A stretch of DNA of 64,000 nt from assembly GCA_034189385.1 (NCBI GenBank), contig JAXHVD010000003.1:128001-192000 (forward strand), in the 5' to 3' direction. The position numbers and the translations under genes are program-made. A model generated the notes under the pieces. The model was not told where the DNA came from and ran no database searches. It was given only the letters and a program-made list of their open reading frames with translations. The DNA is from Thermodesulfobacteriota bacterium (GTDB taxonomy: Bacteria > Desulfobacterota > Desulfobacteria > Desulfobacterales > C00003060). This document shows, in pieces, positions 31,094-40,940 of this stretch (positions are counted from its first letter, which is position 1; each line of letters starts with the position of its first letter).

Positions 31094-31156
31094 ATGAAGA
31101 TCAAGAAGATAAGAAAGACTGCCAAAGGTCTGTGCAAGTGCAAGCGTTCCTGCTAG
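31094..31156 (+). CDS. Putative 20-aa basic Cys-rich peptide MKIKKIRKTAKGLCKCKRSC
   Basis: AAGGAGGGAG 8 nt upstream; lies between the 30730 gene and an intrinsic terminator. Confidence 0.5.
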   Translation: MKIKKIRKTAKGLCKCKRSC

Positions 31157-31254
31157 CATGTGTGGCTGTTGCCATAATACCTGTAAGTGCCTGAGATCGA
31201 CAATTCATTAGAAGACGAGGTGGAAAGATTCTCGGGCCTCGACAAATGAACAGG

Positions 31255-31282
31255 GCGGAGTCCACAGGACTCCGCTTTTTTT
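31255..31282 (+). terminator. Rho-independent terminator
   Basis: GCGGAGTCC-aca-GGACTCCGC followed by T7. Confidence 0.85.
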
Positions 31283-31431
31283 GTCCAATGCAACGACAGA
31301 GAAGGACTGACACCGTCTCGCTAACACGTCTATGTATCCCCTTTTCCGTTTCTGAAGGATAGGGCTTAAACCTGAGACCCATTAGCTGTCTAGACGTTGG
31401 GACATACCCACACAGACCGAAGAGGTGGACC

Positions 31432-31839
31432 ATGACCTTGTCCTTTTACCTGAAGTTGTATGTGCTCACGATACCGGTCTTCTTTGCCATCGACATCCTA
31501 TGGCTCGGCATAGCAGCCAAAGACTTCTACCAAAAACACCTGGGTTCCCTTTTTCGCCCCAAGGTGGACTGGACCGCCGCCATTGTTTTCTATCTTATCT
31601 TTATCGTTGGCATTCTGTTCTTCGCTGTTGTGCCGGCATTGGAAAGAGGCGCCTGGACGAGAGCGGTCATCTGGGGGGGGCTCTTTGGTTTCTTTACCTA
31701 CGCGACCTATGACCTGACAAACCTTGCCACCTTAAAAGACTGGCCCGTGAAGGTGGTCGTGGTGGACATGATCTGGGGCATCTTCCTCTGCAGTACTGTT
31801 TCGGCCATCAGCTTTCACATCGGCAAATGGCTCGGTTGA
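31432..31839 (+). CDS. DUF2177 family membrane protein
   Basis: ID.LWLG, G.FG..TYATYDLTN.ATLK.WP....VD..WG. Confidence 0.92.
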   Translation: MTLSFYLKLYVLTIPVFFAIDILWLGIAAKDFYQKHLGSLFRPKVDWTAAIVFYLIFIVGILFFAVVPALERGAWTRAVIWGGLFGFFTYATYDLTNLATLKDWPVKVVVVDMIWGIFLCSTVSAISFHIGKWLG

Positions 31840-32043
31840 CGACCCCTGTCTTTGGGGCAAGACGCATCCAGCCCTGCAGATGGTTGTGTGCCTATTCTTT
31901 ATGCTTGGGCTATGGATCGTACCCGCTCCTCATGACACATGGAGAGGATTGTCCAAGGGGCAGACGTCACAGCGGCCATGTTTGCCCTCGGGCTGGGTCA
32001 ACACCGCATCAATAATAACCTTGACTCTCCTACTGGGGAATGG

Positions 32044-33474
32044 ATGACGGCCCATTTGCAACAACGCGAAGCAAATCCCCAAGCCCTCGAACAGCCTGTT
32101 TCATGGCCCAAAAGGCTGGCTTACGCTGCGCCAGCGTTCGCGCTGGCCGTCGTGGGCATTCCTGTTTACGTCTACATGCCCAAATTCTACATCGATGTAG
32201 TGGGCGTGCACATCACCGTTTTGGGTTATTTGGTCCTGGGCATGCGGGTTTTTGACGCTTTAACGGATCCCGCCATTGGCTTTCTATCGGACCGCACGAA
32301 GACACCCTTTGGCAGACGACGCCCCTTTATGGCCTTGGGATCCATCGCCTTGGCCGGGGCCATCTATCTGCTTTTCAACCCTCCCCACGGCTCCCCAACC
32401 TTTGAAACCGTGTGGTTCGGGATTCTCATGTTCGCCCTCTTTCTTTTCTGGACACTAGTGGTGGTCCCCTATGAATCCCTCGGCCCAGAGATCACCTTTG
32501 ACTATCACGAAAGGACAACGCTCTTTAGTCTCAGAGACGGGGCCCTCATTGCTGGCACCCTGGTGGCTGCAAGCTCCCCGGCAGGCATCACCTATCTCTT
32601 TGATCTGCCAGGTGATGCCGCAGGAGAAAGGGCCAAGTTCTTCTGGATATCCCTTTGTTATGTGCCCCTTGTCATAGGGCTCTGCTGGTGGTGCGTTGTG
32701 GCCACTCAGGAGATGGAACAAGGGATTCCGAGCCCGTCGTTTCGCCTTGAAAAAGGCATGAAAACCATGGCTCGAAACCGTCCCTTCGTGATCCTCTTGG
32801 TATCTTACACGGTGAGTGCCTTTGGGAACAACCTGCCGGCCACCTTGATTCTCTTCTACGTGGAATATGTCCTCCAATCACAACAGGCCGATCTGTTTCT
32901 GCTTCTGTACTTTGTTGTTGGAATCCTGTTCCTTCCAGGGTGGATTCAGGTGTCTCACAAAATGGGCAAGAAGAGGGCCTGGATCCTCTCCATGGCCCTC
33001 AATACCGGGGCCTTTGTAGGGGTTTTCTTCCTGGGTCCCGGGGACGCTCACCTCTACGGTGTATTGGTGTGCCTCTCCGGTATTGGCTTTGGTGCGACCC
33101 TGGCGCTGCCGTCGGCCATGCAAGCAGACGTGATTGATTACGACGAACTGCTTTCCGGAAAAAGACGCGAGGGCCAGTATGTGGGATTCTGGTCTGTTTC
33201 CAAGAAGCTGGCCGCAGCGCTTGGCGTGGGCGCCGCTCTCGCCATCTTGGGCACGATGGGATATGAACCGGGAACGGAGCAATCGCCCAAAGTGATGCTG
33301 TCCCTTCGGGTACTGTATGCCTTGGTCCCCTCCCTGTGCAATCTGGCAGCCTTGCTCATTGCCTTGGCCTATCCTATCGATTTGCTTGCTCACGAAAAGA
33401 TCAAACAGGCGATCGCCGAGAGAAAGTCGGGCCGTCCGGTGATCGATCCTATCAGGGAGAAACAATTGCCATGA
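32044..33474 (+). CDS. MFS transporter, glycoside-pentoside-hexuronide (MelB-like) family
   Basis: R.FDA.TDP.IG.LSDRT.T.FGRRRPF, ADVIDYDE...G.RREG.Y; about 12 TM. Confidence 0.92.
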   Translation: MTAHLQQREANPQALEQPVSWPKRLAYAAPAFALAVVGIPVYVYMPKFYIDVVGVHITVLGYLVLGMRVFDALTDPAIGFLSDRTKTPFGRRRPFMALGSIALAGAIYLLFNPPHGSPTFETVWFGILMFALFLFWTLVVVPYESLGPEITFDYHERTTLFSLRDGALIAGTLVAASSPAGITYLFDLPGDAAGERAKFFWISLCYVPLVIGLCWWCVVATQEMEQGIPSPSFRLEKGMKTMARNRPFVILLVSYTVSAFGNNLPATLILFYVEYVLQSQQADLFLLLYFVVGILFLPGWIQVSHKMGKKRAWILSMALNTGAFVGVFFLGPGDAHLYGVLVCLSGIGFGATLALPSAMQADVIDYDELLSGKRREGQYVGFWSVSKKLAAALGVGAALAILGTMGYEPGTEQSPKVMLSLRVLYALVPSLCNLAALLIALAYPIDLLAHEKIKQAIAERKSGRPVIDPIREKQLP

Positions 33475-34262
33475 ATCTGACGACACTTCTCTTGATAACG
33501 AACCTGACAGCGGCACTGGCCTACATGGCCTGCCTCTGGCCCGTGAGTCTCCTAAAAAAGGATGCGAGTATTGCAGACATTTTCTGGGGCCTCGGATTTG
33601 TGATGATCGCCTGGCTGAGTTTTTTTCTGACGGATGGATATGTGGTGAGGAAAATGCTCATCGTCTCCCTTACGAGCATCTGGGGAATCCGCCTGTTTCT
33701 CCACATATTGCTGCGAAACAAGGGAAAAGGGGAAGACCCCCGTTATGTGGCCATGCGAAAAAGCCGCGGCAAGAAGTTCTGGTGGGTCAGCCTGTTCACC
33801 GTTTTTCTCTTGCAAGGTTTCCTACTCTGGGTCGTCTCCATGCCCCTTCAGCTCGGTCAGTTGGCCCCCCTTCCCGCGGCATTCACGTGGCTGGATGGGC
33901 TCGGCCTCTTCATTTGGACGGTGGGATTCACCTTCGAAGCGGTCGGCGACTGGCAACTCGCTCGGTTTCTAAAGAACCCTGAAAACCGGGGATCTGTGAT
34001 GAATAGAGGTCTTTGGGCTTACAGCAGACACCCCAACTATTTTGGCGAATCATTGATCTGGTGGGGTGTATACGTCATCGCCTTAGCTGCGCCTGGAACC
34101 TTTTGGGGCATCATTGGTCCGGCAACCATCACGTTCCTTTTGTTGAAAGTATCGGGCGTGCCCATGCTTGAGGAAACCCTTCGGGAGCAGCCTGAATACA
34201 GGGCCTACATAGAGAAAACGAGCGCCTTCTTCCCCTGGTTTCCACGCAAAGACAAACCATGA
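33471..34262 (+). CDS. DUF1295 / steroid 5-alpha-reductase-like membrane protein
   Basis: D..WG, GEDPRY, E..GD.QL..F, GLW.YSRHPNYFGE...WWG; ATGA overlap with the MFS stop. Confidence 0.92.
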   Translation: MNLTTLLLITNLTAALAYMACLWPVSLLKKDASIADIFWGLGFVMIAWLSFFLTDGYVVRKMLIVSLTSIWGIRLFLHILLRNKGKGEDPRYVAMRKSRGKKFWWVSLFTVFLLQGFLLWVVSMPLQLGQLAPLPAAFTWLDGLGLFIWTVGFTFEAVGDWQLARFLKNPENRGSVMNRGLWAYSRHPNYFGESLIWWGVYVIALAAPGTFWGIIGPATITFLLLKVSGVPMLEETLREQPEYRAYIEKTSAFFPWFPRKDKP

Positions 34263-34421
34263 AACATCTCATCGAATGGGCGGAGAAGGGGCTTCTGCCC
34301 GTTGGACACTGTGCCGTGGCCTCAACGGTGGCGCATCTTTTTCATGGCCTGCGCCGAGCCGTGGGGGTTTGAAAAGGGTCAGCCATGGCTGGTGTCCCAT
34401 TATCGGCTCCGCAAGGGATAG
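34259..34421 (+). pseudogene. Internally deleted SAM-dependent methyltransferase (Cfa/coclaurine-N-MT-like) remnant
   Basis: N-terminus [14 protein letters not shown] joined out of frame to the family C-terminus [33 protein letters not shown]-coupled to DUF1295. Confidence 0.75.
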
Positions 34422-34459
34422 ACAGGGCATCTAAAAGCGCCTCTGTAAAATCGGGAGGC

Positions 34460-35779
34460 TCATGTGCTTTTTCCGGAAGAAGGAGGCAGTTCGGGCAAAA
34501 TGGGCGTGCTGCGACAAAACGGCTTTGCCATAAGCATTTGCACATTGCCCAGATAGCGTTCTTCAAATCCCCCTTCGCAGTAACAAAGGTAATACTCCCA
34601 CAGCCGGATAAAGGTATCAGAGTAGCCCAAGGCACGGACCTGTTCGATATTTTCAAAGAAGCGCTGCCGCCATGCCCGCAGCGTTTTCGCATAGTGGGGG
34701 GTTAAATCCTCCAAGTGAACGACGCGCAGATCCGTGGAGCGCGCCACAGCCAGGCACATGGCGGTAAGGGACGGAATGCAGCTGCCAGGGAAGATATAGC
34801 GTTTGACGAAATCAACGGATCGCTTGTGCTGATCGTATACGGCATCTGCGATGGTGATGGCCTGAAGAAGCATCATGCCGTCTCTTTTCAAGAGCCTGCT
34901 GCAACACTGAAAAAAGGTCTCCAGAAATTGATGGCCAACCGCTTCGATCATCTCAATGGAAACCACTTTGTCATAGAGGCCCTCCAGATCGCGATAGTCT
35001 TTCAAAAGGAGGGTGACCCGGTCGCCCAATCCCTCGCCGTCAATGTATTCTTTGGCCCATTCGAATTGGGCGGGGGAAATGGTGGTGGTGGTGACCCGAC
35101 AGCCGTAATGCTGGGCCGCATGCATGGCAAACCCGCCCCATCCGGTGCCGATCTCCAGGACATGATCAGAGGATTGTAGATCCAGTTTCAGGCAAATGCG
35201 GTCATATTTGGCCACGGAGGCCTCTCTGAGGGTGGACGCCTCCGTTTCGAAAATCCCGCACGAATAGGTCATGGTATCATCCAAAAAGAGCTGGTAGAAA
35301 TCGTTTCCCAGGTCGTAGTGTGCCACGATATTGGCCCTGCTCCCTGCCCTTGTATTTTTGTTGAGCCAGTGAAACCACTGATGTATGGGCTCCATGAACC
35401 GTCCCCATCCGCTATCCATCTTCTCAAAGATGTGGCGGTTTAGAACCATGATCCGTATGACCATGGTCAAGTCATCGGCGGACCAGTCGCCAGCCATGTA
35501 AGCCTCAGCCGCTCCGATGCTGCCGCCCCATAGGGCCCTTCGGTAAAAACGGGGGTGGTGGATCGTCACGACCGCACGAAGGGGAAAATCTTCTGAAGCC
35601 TTTCCAAAGGCAAGGCGCTCGCCATTATCCTCCAGGAGAAGCTCACCAATGTCCACATCCTCCAATAGGGCCATCACCATCCTTTTGGCCAGGCGATTCA
35701 GAGGCCCCCGGACTAAGGCATGAGGTGGAGCCGTTCTGTCCGTCTCCGCGGGAATGATGGATGTTCTCATGATGTTCAT
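34460..35779 (-). CDS. cfa: Cyclopropane-fatty-acyl-phospholipid synthase family methyltransferase
   Basis: NI.AHYDLGNDFY, M.YSC, LEIGTGWGG, SIEMIEAVG, YIFPG, W.YYL.YCEGGF. Confidence 0.92.
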   Translation of the reverse strand: MNIMRTSIIPAETDRTAPPHALVRGPLNRLAKRMVMALLEDVDIGELLLEDNGERLAFGKASEDFPLRAVVTIHHPRFYRRALWGGSIGAAEAYMAGDWSADDLTMVIRIMVLNRHIFEKMDSGWGRFMEPIHQWFHWLNKNTRAGSRANIVAHYDLGNDFYQLFLDDTMTYSCGIFETEASTLREASVAKYDRICLKLDLQSSDHVLEIGTGWGGFAMHAAQHYGCRVTTTTISPAQFEWAKEYIDGEGLGDRVTLLLKDYRDLEGLYDKVVSIEMIEAVGHQFLETFFQCCSRLLKRDGMMLLQAITIADAVYDQHKRSVDFVKRYIFPGSCIPSLTAMCLAVARSTDLRVVHLEDLTPHYAKTLRAWRQRFFENIEQVRALGYSDTFIRLWEYYLCYCEGGFEERYLGNVQMLMAKPFCRSTPILPELPPSSGKST

Positions 35780-36549
35780 GCCTCCTTGCCAGACAGTCGC
35801 TTGGCAGGATGCGTGTAAACCGGGGCCCCTTTCCACTTGAGGCGAAGGGCCTGCCAGTATATCATGGCCACGACCTTCAATGTCATGGGGGGGTAGGACA
35901 GCAACACCCGTGCGAGGTTGTTGCTATTCAGCTCGCGCCGCTCCAAAGAGAGGGTGGCGTCAAAAAGCTTCTGCCTGACATCATGGAGGTTGAAATGAAC
36001 CCGAATCTTCTGGTCCGGCTCCCGAAACCGCCAGTCATAATGCATCGCCATATCCATGAAAGGCGAAACGTGGAAACTTTTCACAAACCGAAACTGCTTC
36101 CATCCCTTCAGGCCATGTTCATTCGCGGATTCTCCTAAGACATAGCAATGTTCCTCACCCCATGGGGTGTTATGGACTTCAGCGACAATCGTCTCCACCT
36201 TATTCCCGGACCCATCGTAACAGTAGTAAAAGCTCACAGGATTGAAGTTATGCCCAAAATACCTTAGGTGGGTCAGCAACCGAATGGGCCCGGAAGGACG
36301 CCCTCCGAGCTCCTCCTCCACAAGATCCCTTACCGCACGATCTAAGGGAAGGCGCGGGTCCCCCAAATGGTCCCTCCGACGGAAATAGGCTAGATTGGGT
36401 GTGCCCACAGACCAGAACAGACGGCCATCAAAAACCCCGTCCAGTTCCGAAAGGTCCAGGTACACCATGAACAGCCTGTACCAAAAGGCGTTGGTCACCG
36501 GCCGGAAACGACGGTGGCGAACATGACCCTCGTAGATGCAGCTCACCAT
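35776..36549 (-). CDS. DUF1365 family protein
   Basis: YEG.VRHRR, FNPVSFYYC, AEVHNTPWGE, K.FHVSPFM, IYWQAL.L. Confidence 0.93.
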   Translation of the reverse strand: MVSCIYEGHVRHRRFRPVTNAFWYRLFMVYLDLSELDGVFDGRLFWSVGTPNLAYFRRRDHLGDPRLPLDRAVRDLVEEELGGRPSGPIRLLTHLRYFGHNFNPVSFYYCYDGSGNKVETIVAEVHNTPWGEEHCYVLGESANEHGLKGWKQFRFVKSFHVSPFMDMAMHYDWRFREPDQKIRVHFNLHDVRQKLFDATLSLERRELNSNNLARVLLSYPPMTLKVVAMIYWQALRLKWKGAPVYTHPAKRLSGKEA

Positions 36550-36551
36550 GG

Positions 36552-37796
36552 CTAGAGCGTCTTTCCAAATGGCCGGCACACGGCAAGGGCGCTCTTCACA
36601 CCGTCCTCGTGGAAGCCAAAACCCCAATAGGCCCCGCAAAAAGAGGTGCGATTGACGCCGTTGATCTCCTCATGACCCTCCTGCGCCTTCAGGCTCTGAG
36701 GAGTGTACACCGGATGATGATAGACCATCTGGTCAATCACACGTGCGGGGTCGATTCCCCCTGGATAATTAAGCGATACACAAAACTCCACAGGGGCTTT
36801 CAGACTTTGCAGGATACTCATGTCGTAGGTGACCGCCACCCTGCCGGTGTGGGCCTTTGGCACATGGTAGTTCCAGCTCGCCCAGCACTCCCTCTTCTTG
36901 GGCAGTAACGTCTCATCGGTGTGAAGAACGGTCACGTTCTCCTGATAGGGCATGGCGCTGAGAATGCGGGCCTCTTCTTCTGAAGGGTCGGCCAGCAACG
37001 CCAGGGCCTGGTCACTGTGGGTGGCCATGACCACGTGATCAAAATGCTCGGGACCACCCCCCCCATGGACTACCTCCACGCGGTCTTCATGACGCGTTAC
37101 TCTTTTTACCGCACAGGAAAGGCGGATGCGGTCTCGAAACCCCCTGGTGAGCTCATGAACATAATTCCTGGACCCGCCCCTTATGACGAGCCACTGGGGT
37201 TGATCGGTCACGTTCAAAAACCCGTGGTTGTCAAAAAACCGGACAAAGAAACGGGCCGGAAAGTTCCAGAATTGATCAGGATCCGCAGACCAGATGGCCG
37301 CCCCCATGGGGATGATAAAGTCATGTATAAAGGCTTGGGAGTATCCCTCGGCCTTCAGATAGTCTCCCAAAGCCCTGTCATCTCCTCTCTCTCCAAGGAT
37401 TTTTTTAGACCGCCTTCTAAAGCGGAAAATGTCCAATACCATCCGGTAGAAGGCAGGCCGAAAGAGATTCTTCCTCTGGGCGAAAAGGCTATTCAATGAA
37501 CTGGGGCTATACTCCAAGCCACTTGTTTCCGACGTGACGCTGAAACTCATCTTAGACGGCTGCCAGGCAACAGCTAAGCGCTTCAAGAGTTTCAGGAAAT
37601 TTGGATAGGTCTTTTCATTGAAAACGATAAAACCGGTGTCCACGGCATAGGTTTTACCGGCCTTCTCCACATCCACGGTGTGCGTGTGGCCGCCCACATA
37701 GTCGTTGGCCTCAAAGACGGTGATCTCATGGTCCTCACAAAGAAGATAGGCGCACACCAATCCCGATATCCCTGAACCGATAATGGCAATCTTCAT
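36552..37796 (-). CDS. FAD-dependent oxidoreductase (amine-oxidase-like, COG2907 type)
   Basis: GSGISG, GGHTHT, DTGFIVFN, W.SWNY, GAYWG.GFHEDG. Confidence 0.92.
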   Translation of the reverse strand: MKIAIIGSGISGLVCAYLLCEDHEITVFEANDYVGGHTHTVDVEKAGKTYAVDTGFIVFNEKTYPNFLKLLKRLAVAWQPSKMSFSVTSETSGLEYSPSSLNSLFAQRKNLFRPAFYRMVLDIFRFRRRSKKILGERGDDRALGDYLKAEGYSQAFIHDFIIPMGAAIWSADPDQFWNFPARFFVRFFDNHGFLNVTDQPQWLVIRGGSRNYVHELTRGFRDRIRLSCAVKRVTRHEDRVEVVHGGGGPEHFDHVVMATHSDQALALLADPSEEEARILSAMPYQENVTVLHTDETLLPKKRECWASWNYHVPKAHTGRVAVTYDMSILQSLKAPVEFCVSLNYPGGIDPARVIDQMVYHHPVYTPQSLKAQEGHEEINGVNRTSFCGAYWGFGFHEDGVKSALAVCRPFGKTL

Positions 37797-37838
37797 CTCT
37801 GACTACCAAAAAGCGCTGTGGGTAGAACCATCCCTTTA

Positions 37839-38835
37839 TTATCCCGTCCCCTCTTTAACACCAGGGGCTAGGGCAGGCTTGTATATGTGGTCAGGCACCG
37901 GCCTCAGGTCCCAAACCATGCCAAGAAAGGCCATGAGCCGGAGCAGATAGTACGTGATGTCGATCTCCCACCCAAAAAAAACCCTGACGGGCCGAAATGG
38001 CATAATGGTGATGGTTGTTGTGCCATCCCTCGCCCAAGGTGATAAGTGCCAGAAGGGCGTTGTCGCGACTTGTGTCCGGGGTGTCGTATCGTCTGTTGCC
38101 GATCATATGATCCAGCGAGTTGATCGTAAAGGTTCCGTGGAACAGGGCCACAGTAGAAATCAGAAAACCCCAGACAAACATCTGCGCACCGTCTGTATTT
38201 AGCTGCGGTTGGGTCTCTGCCATCATCTCACCCAGCGCAAAGAGGGATAGGGCCAGAATAAACGGAATCACGGTGTCAAACCGGTTGATCCAGACCAGCT
38301 CTGGAAACTTGAACCAGTCTTTCACATAGCGTTTTCTCGTGGGAAAATTTCGCCTGGAGGTTATCCAGCCCACGTGGCTCCACCAAAAGCCGTGCAGAGA
38401 AGGGGAATGAATGTCTGCCTCTTGGTCGGCAAACCGGTGGTGGTGGCGATGATGGGCCGCCCACCAGAGCGGCTCCCGCTGAACAGAGGCGTTTCCGGCC
38501 ACCGCAAAGAGGAATTGCCAGAAGCGGTTGGTCTTAAAGGCACGATGGGAGAAATACCGGTGGTAGAATCCCGTGATGGCAAACATGCGTAACACATATA
38601 GCGCCAATGCCACCCCCACTGCAGTCCAGCTCCATCCCACCACAAATACCAAGAGGCAAGATAGGTGCAGAAGTGCGAATGGGGCCACCCGCAACCAGTC
38701 TATACCGGAAGCACGTTCATCCTCTGTGGCCCCTGCACCTGCTTCAGAGTCGAACCATCGGACAATCGAAAGTAGGGCATCTGAGTGACTCGTCTTCTCT
38801 CTTCGTTTTGCCTGCCTGTTCATTTTACATTTCAA
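37839..38835 (-). CDS. Delta-9-type acyl desaturase with +1 frameshift near the 3' end
   Basis: His boxes HRYFSH, HHRHHH, HNNHH; the conserved WEIDITY...LG.VWDL tail continues in another frame after a T8/G3 run at about 37971-37981. Confidence 0.85.
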
Positions 38836-38880
38836 TAGACATATTTCGCAATAAGCGTAGCACTTGAACGGAAAAAATGA

Positions 38881-38921
38881 ATAGGGTCTTATGTGTATTT
38901 AGGTGTCAAGAAGACCGTAAT
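38881..38921 (-). promoter_or_regulatory. Island motif copy 2 (ATTAC-N16-AAATACA-N6-ACCCTAT)
   Basis: Upstream of the desaturase operon, same orientation as the gene. Confidence 0.65.
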
Positions 38922-39041
38922 TTTTTTGCTTGGAATGGCCGAAAAAATGGCATATTGATAGCTGAAGCGGCTGCCTTTGTTAAATAAGGGAGGACCCGAA
39001 GGCTGAAACAGTCCGGTAATCGAAAACGCTTCATTTGCTGG

Positions 39042-39470
39042 ATGATAGGGATCTCTTTTATCCTGACGTTAGTGCAGTGTTCGGGAATCAGAAGTGACAT
39101 GATAGGTATCCTTGACGGAAGGTTTAGCCCCTGTCCTGAATCGCCCAATTGCGTTTCTTCTCAAAGCGACGATCCATCACACTTCATTGAGCCCCTGGAC
39201 TATGAAGGTTCATTGATGGCGTCTCGACAACATCTTCTAGACATCTTGAAGTCCATGCGTGGCGCAGAAGTGATCACTGAGACAGAAACCTACATCCACG
39301 CCACCTTTACGTCCCGCATCTTCCGGTTTGTAGACGATGTGGAATTCTATTTTGTTCAGGATGTCCCCGTCATCCATGTGCGATCGGCTTCTCGGGTGGG
39401 CTATTCCGATCTGGGGGTGAATCGGAAAAGGGTTGAGAAAATCCGCAAAGCTTTTAGATCGTTAACGTGA
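39042..39470 (+). CDS. DUF1499 family protein
   Basis: PCP.SPNCVSSQ, F.S..F.FVDDVEF, RSASRVG.SDLGVNR.R.E. Confidence 0.92.
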   Translation: MIGISFILTLVQCSGIRSDMIGILDGRFSPCPESPNCVSSQSDDPSHFIEPLDYEGSLMASRQHLLDILKSMRGAEVITETETYIHATFTSRIFRFVDDVEFYFVQDVPVIHVRSASRVGYSDLGVNRKRVEKIRKAFRSLT

Positions 39471-39511
39471 CCTTTCCCCGTTCTCTCATCGCCATCCCAC
39501 CTGCCTGTTTG

Positions 39512-40780
39512 TCAGACGCCCAAATCATGTATGACGGCCTCGGCGGCCTTCCCTCCGGAATAGAGCGCCCATTGAATGGACGGGACATTCTGGTATTCTC
39601 CACACACGTAGACACCCTTCCTGACACGAGGATCGACTCCCAGCGGATCAGGTGTGGGGGGGCTTTGTAGGGGCAGGCCGTGGGCGATGTAAAAGGTCTT
39701 CAACAGCCGCCAGATACGGGTTCTCTCTCCATACCAACGGGCCAGCTCTTCTCTTACATCTCTTTCAAGGGACTCTGCGTCTTCCACCGAGGCGTGGAGC
39801 ACCGTCACCACGATCAAAGACTGCCCGCGCGGCGCATAGGAGGGGGCCACATTGCTCACAACGCTCAAGTTGTTGATAAGACCGTCCCCGTCTCCATTGA
39901 TCACCAGGAGCTTATCCCGAAGGGGAGGTTCTGAAGCGGCAAAATAGAGACAATGGACCCCGCATGACGGCCCTAAGACACCTGTCTGGAGCAGTCTGCT
40001 GGCCTGCGGGCCATTCGTAGCCACGACAACACCCCGACAGGGGATGCTTGGCCCCCCCTCAAGCTTGACCCAGCCTTCGCCCACGGCATCAACGACGGTG
40101 CCAACGCGAATAGACCCTTCAGGGATGTCTGCTGCCAACTGGGACGGAATGGCGGCCATGCCTTTTGCAGGCAGTGCTGCATCTCCGAGGGCCAGTATCT
40201 TGAAGACGAATTCAAAAACCCGGCTCGATGCGGAAATGTTCGGGTCCAGGCATACGCCGCTGAAAAAAGGCCTGAAAAAGGTCTCTATCATTCTATCCGA
40301 AAAACCCTCTTTTCTAAGATAGTCCAGGGTCGGCATCTCGGCACGGCAAAAAAGGACCCGCTCGTCCAGCCGCCGTATGCGGTTGACCAGCCGAACAAGG
40401 CGCCATTTGTCTCCCGGGGTTCCCACAGGCGATAGGAGCGTGTCCAAGGCGTACCGCGGGCATCTGAGAGGGTCTGCCACACGATAGAACCTTTTTCTGA
40501 AACGGATCACTGCTCCCGAGTCAAAGGCCCGGAGCCTCAACAGGGGGTAGTTGAGGGTCTTTTTGGCTTCCGAGTAGGCCCTCTGCAACACCTGAAAACC
40601 GTGGTCCAGGACAAAACCGTCTACCCGGTCTGTCTTCAGTCGCCCCCCAATTCTGTCACAAGCTTCCAGCACGGTAACCGAAAACCCTTCTTTGGAAAGC
40701 CTCCTGGCGCAGGCCAATCCCGCGAGCCCCGCACCGACCACAATCACATCATTGGCCAGTCTGGATTTCCTTGCCTCCAT
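39512..40780 (-). CDS. FAD-dependent oxidoreductase (amine oxidase/phytoene dehydrogenase-like)
   Basis: GAGLAGL, GGR..TD..DGF.LD.GFQVL, SI..AL.SG. Confidence 0.88.
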   Translation of the reverse strand: MEARKSRLANDVIVVGAGLAGLACARRLSKEGFSVTVLEACDRIGGRLKTDRVDGFVLDHGFQVLQRAYSEAKKTLNYPLLRLRAFDSGAVIRFRKRFYRVADPLRCPRYALDTLLSPVGTPGDKWRLVRLVNRIRRLDERVLFCRAEMPTLDYLRKEGFSDRMIETFFRPFFSGVCLDPNISASSRVFEFVFKILALGDAALPAKGMAAIPSQLAADIPEGSIRVGTVVDAVGEGWVKLEGGPSIPCRGVVVATNGPQASRLLQTGVLGPSCGVHCLYFAASEPPLRDKLLVINGDGDGLINNLSVVSNVAPSYAPRGQSLIVVTVLHASVEDAESLERDVREELARWYGERTRIWRLLKTFYIAHGLPLQSPPTPDPLGVDPRVRKGVYVCGEYQNVPSIQWALYSGGKAAEAVIHDLGV

Positions 40781-40816
40781 GTCTGCCTACCTTTCCTGTT
40801 TGAATGCAGTTCATAA

Positions 40817-40857
40817 AATACCCTATTGATCATAAACAAATACACACTTTACCCCAT
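40817..40857 (+). promoter_or_regulatory. Island motif copy 3 (AATAC-N16-AAATACA-N6-ACCCCAT)
   Basis: Upstream of the peroxiredoxin-rhodanese pair. Confidence 0.65.
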
Positions 40858-40940
40858 TGTGGCCACACAAATTCCATGATTTGAAGGAGAGGGAAATCTC
40901 GCATGGCCGGTGACCTTCCGGTGATAGAGAGGGGGGTGAG

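Noticed and set aside
31154..31156. TAG read-through (pyrrolysine) of the micro-peptide
   Set aside because: No pyl genes or other supporting evidence in the window
37891..37893. TGA ending the desaturase ORF as a possible Sec codon
   Set aside because: The sequence before it is already out of the conserved frame; the frameshift explains it and no Cys is expected there
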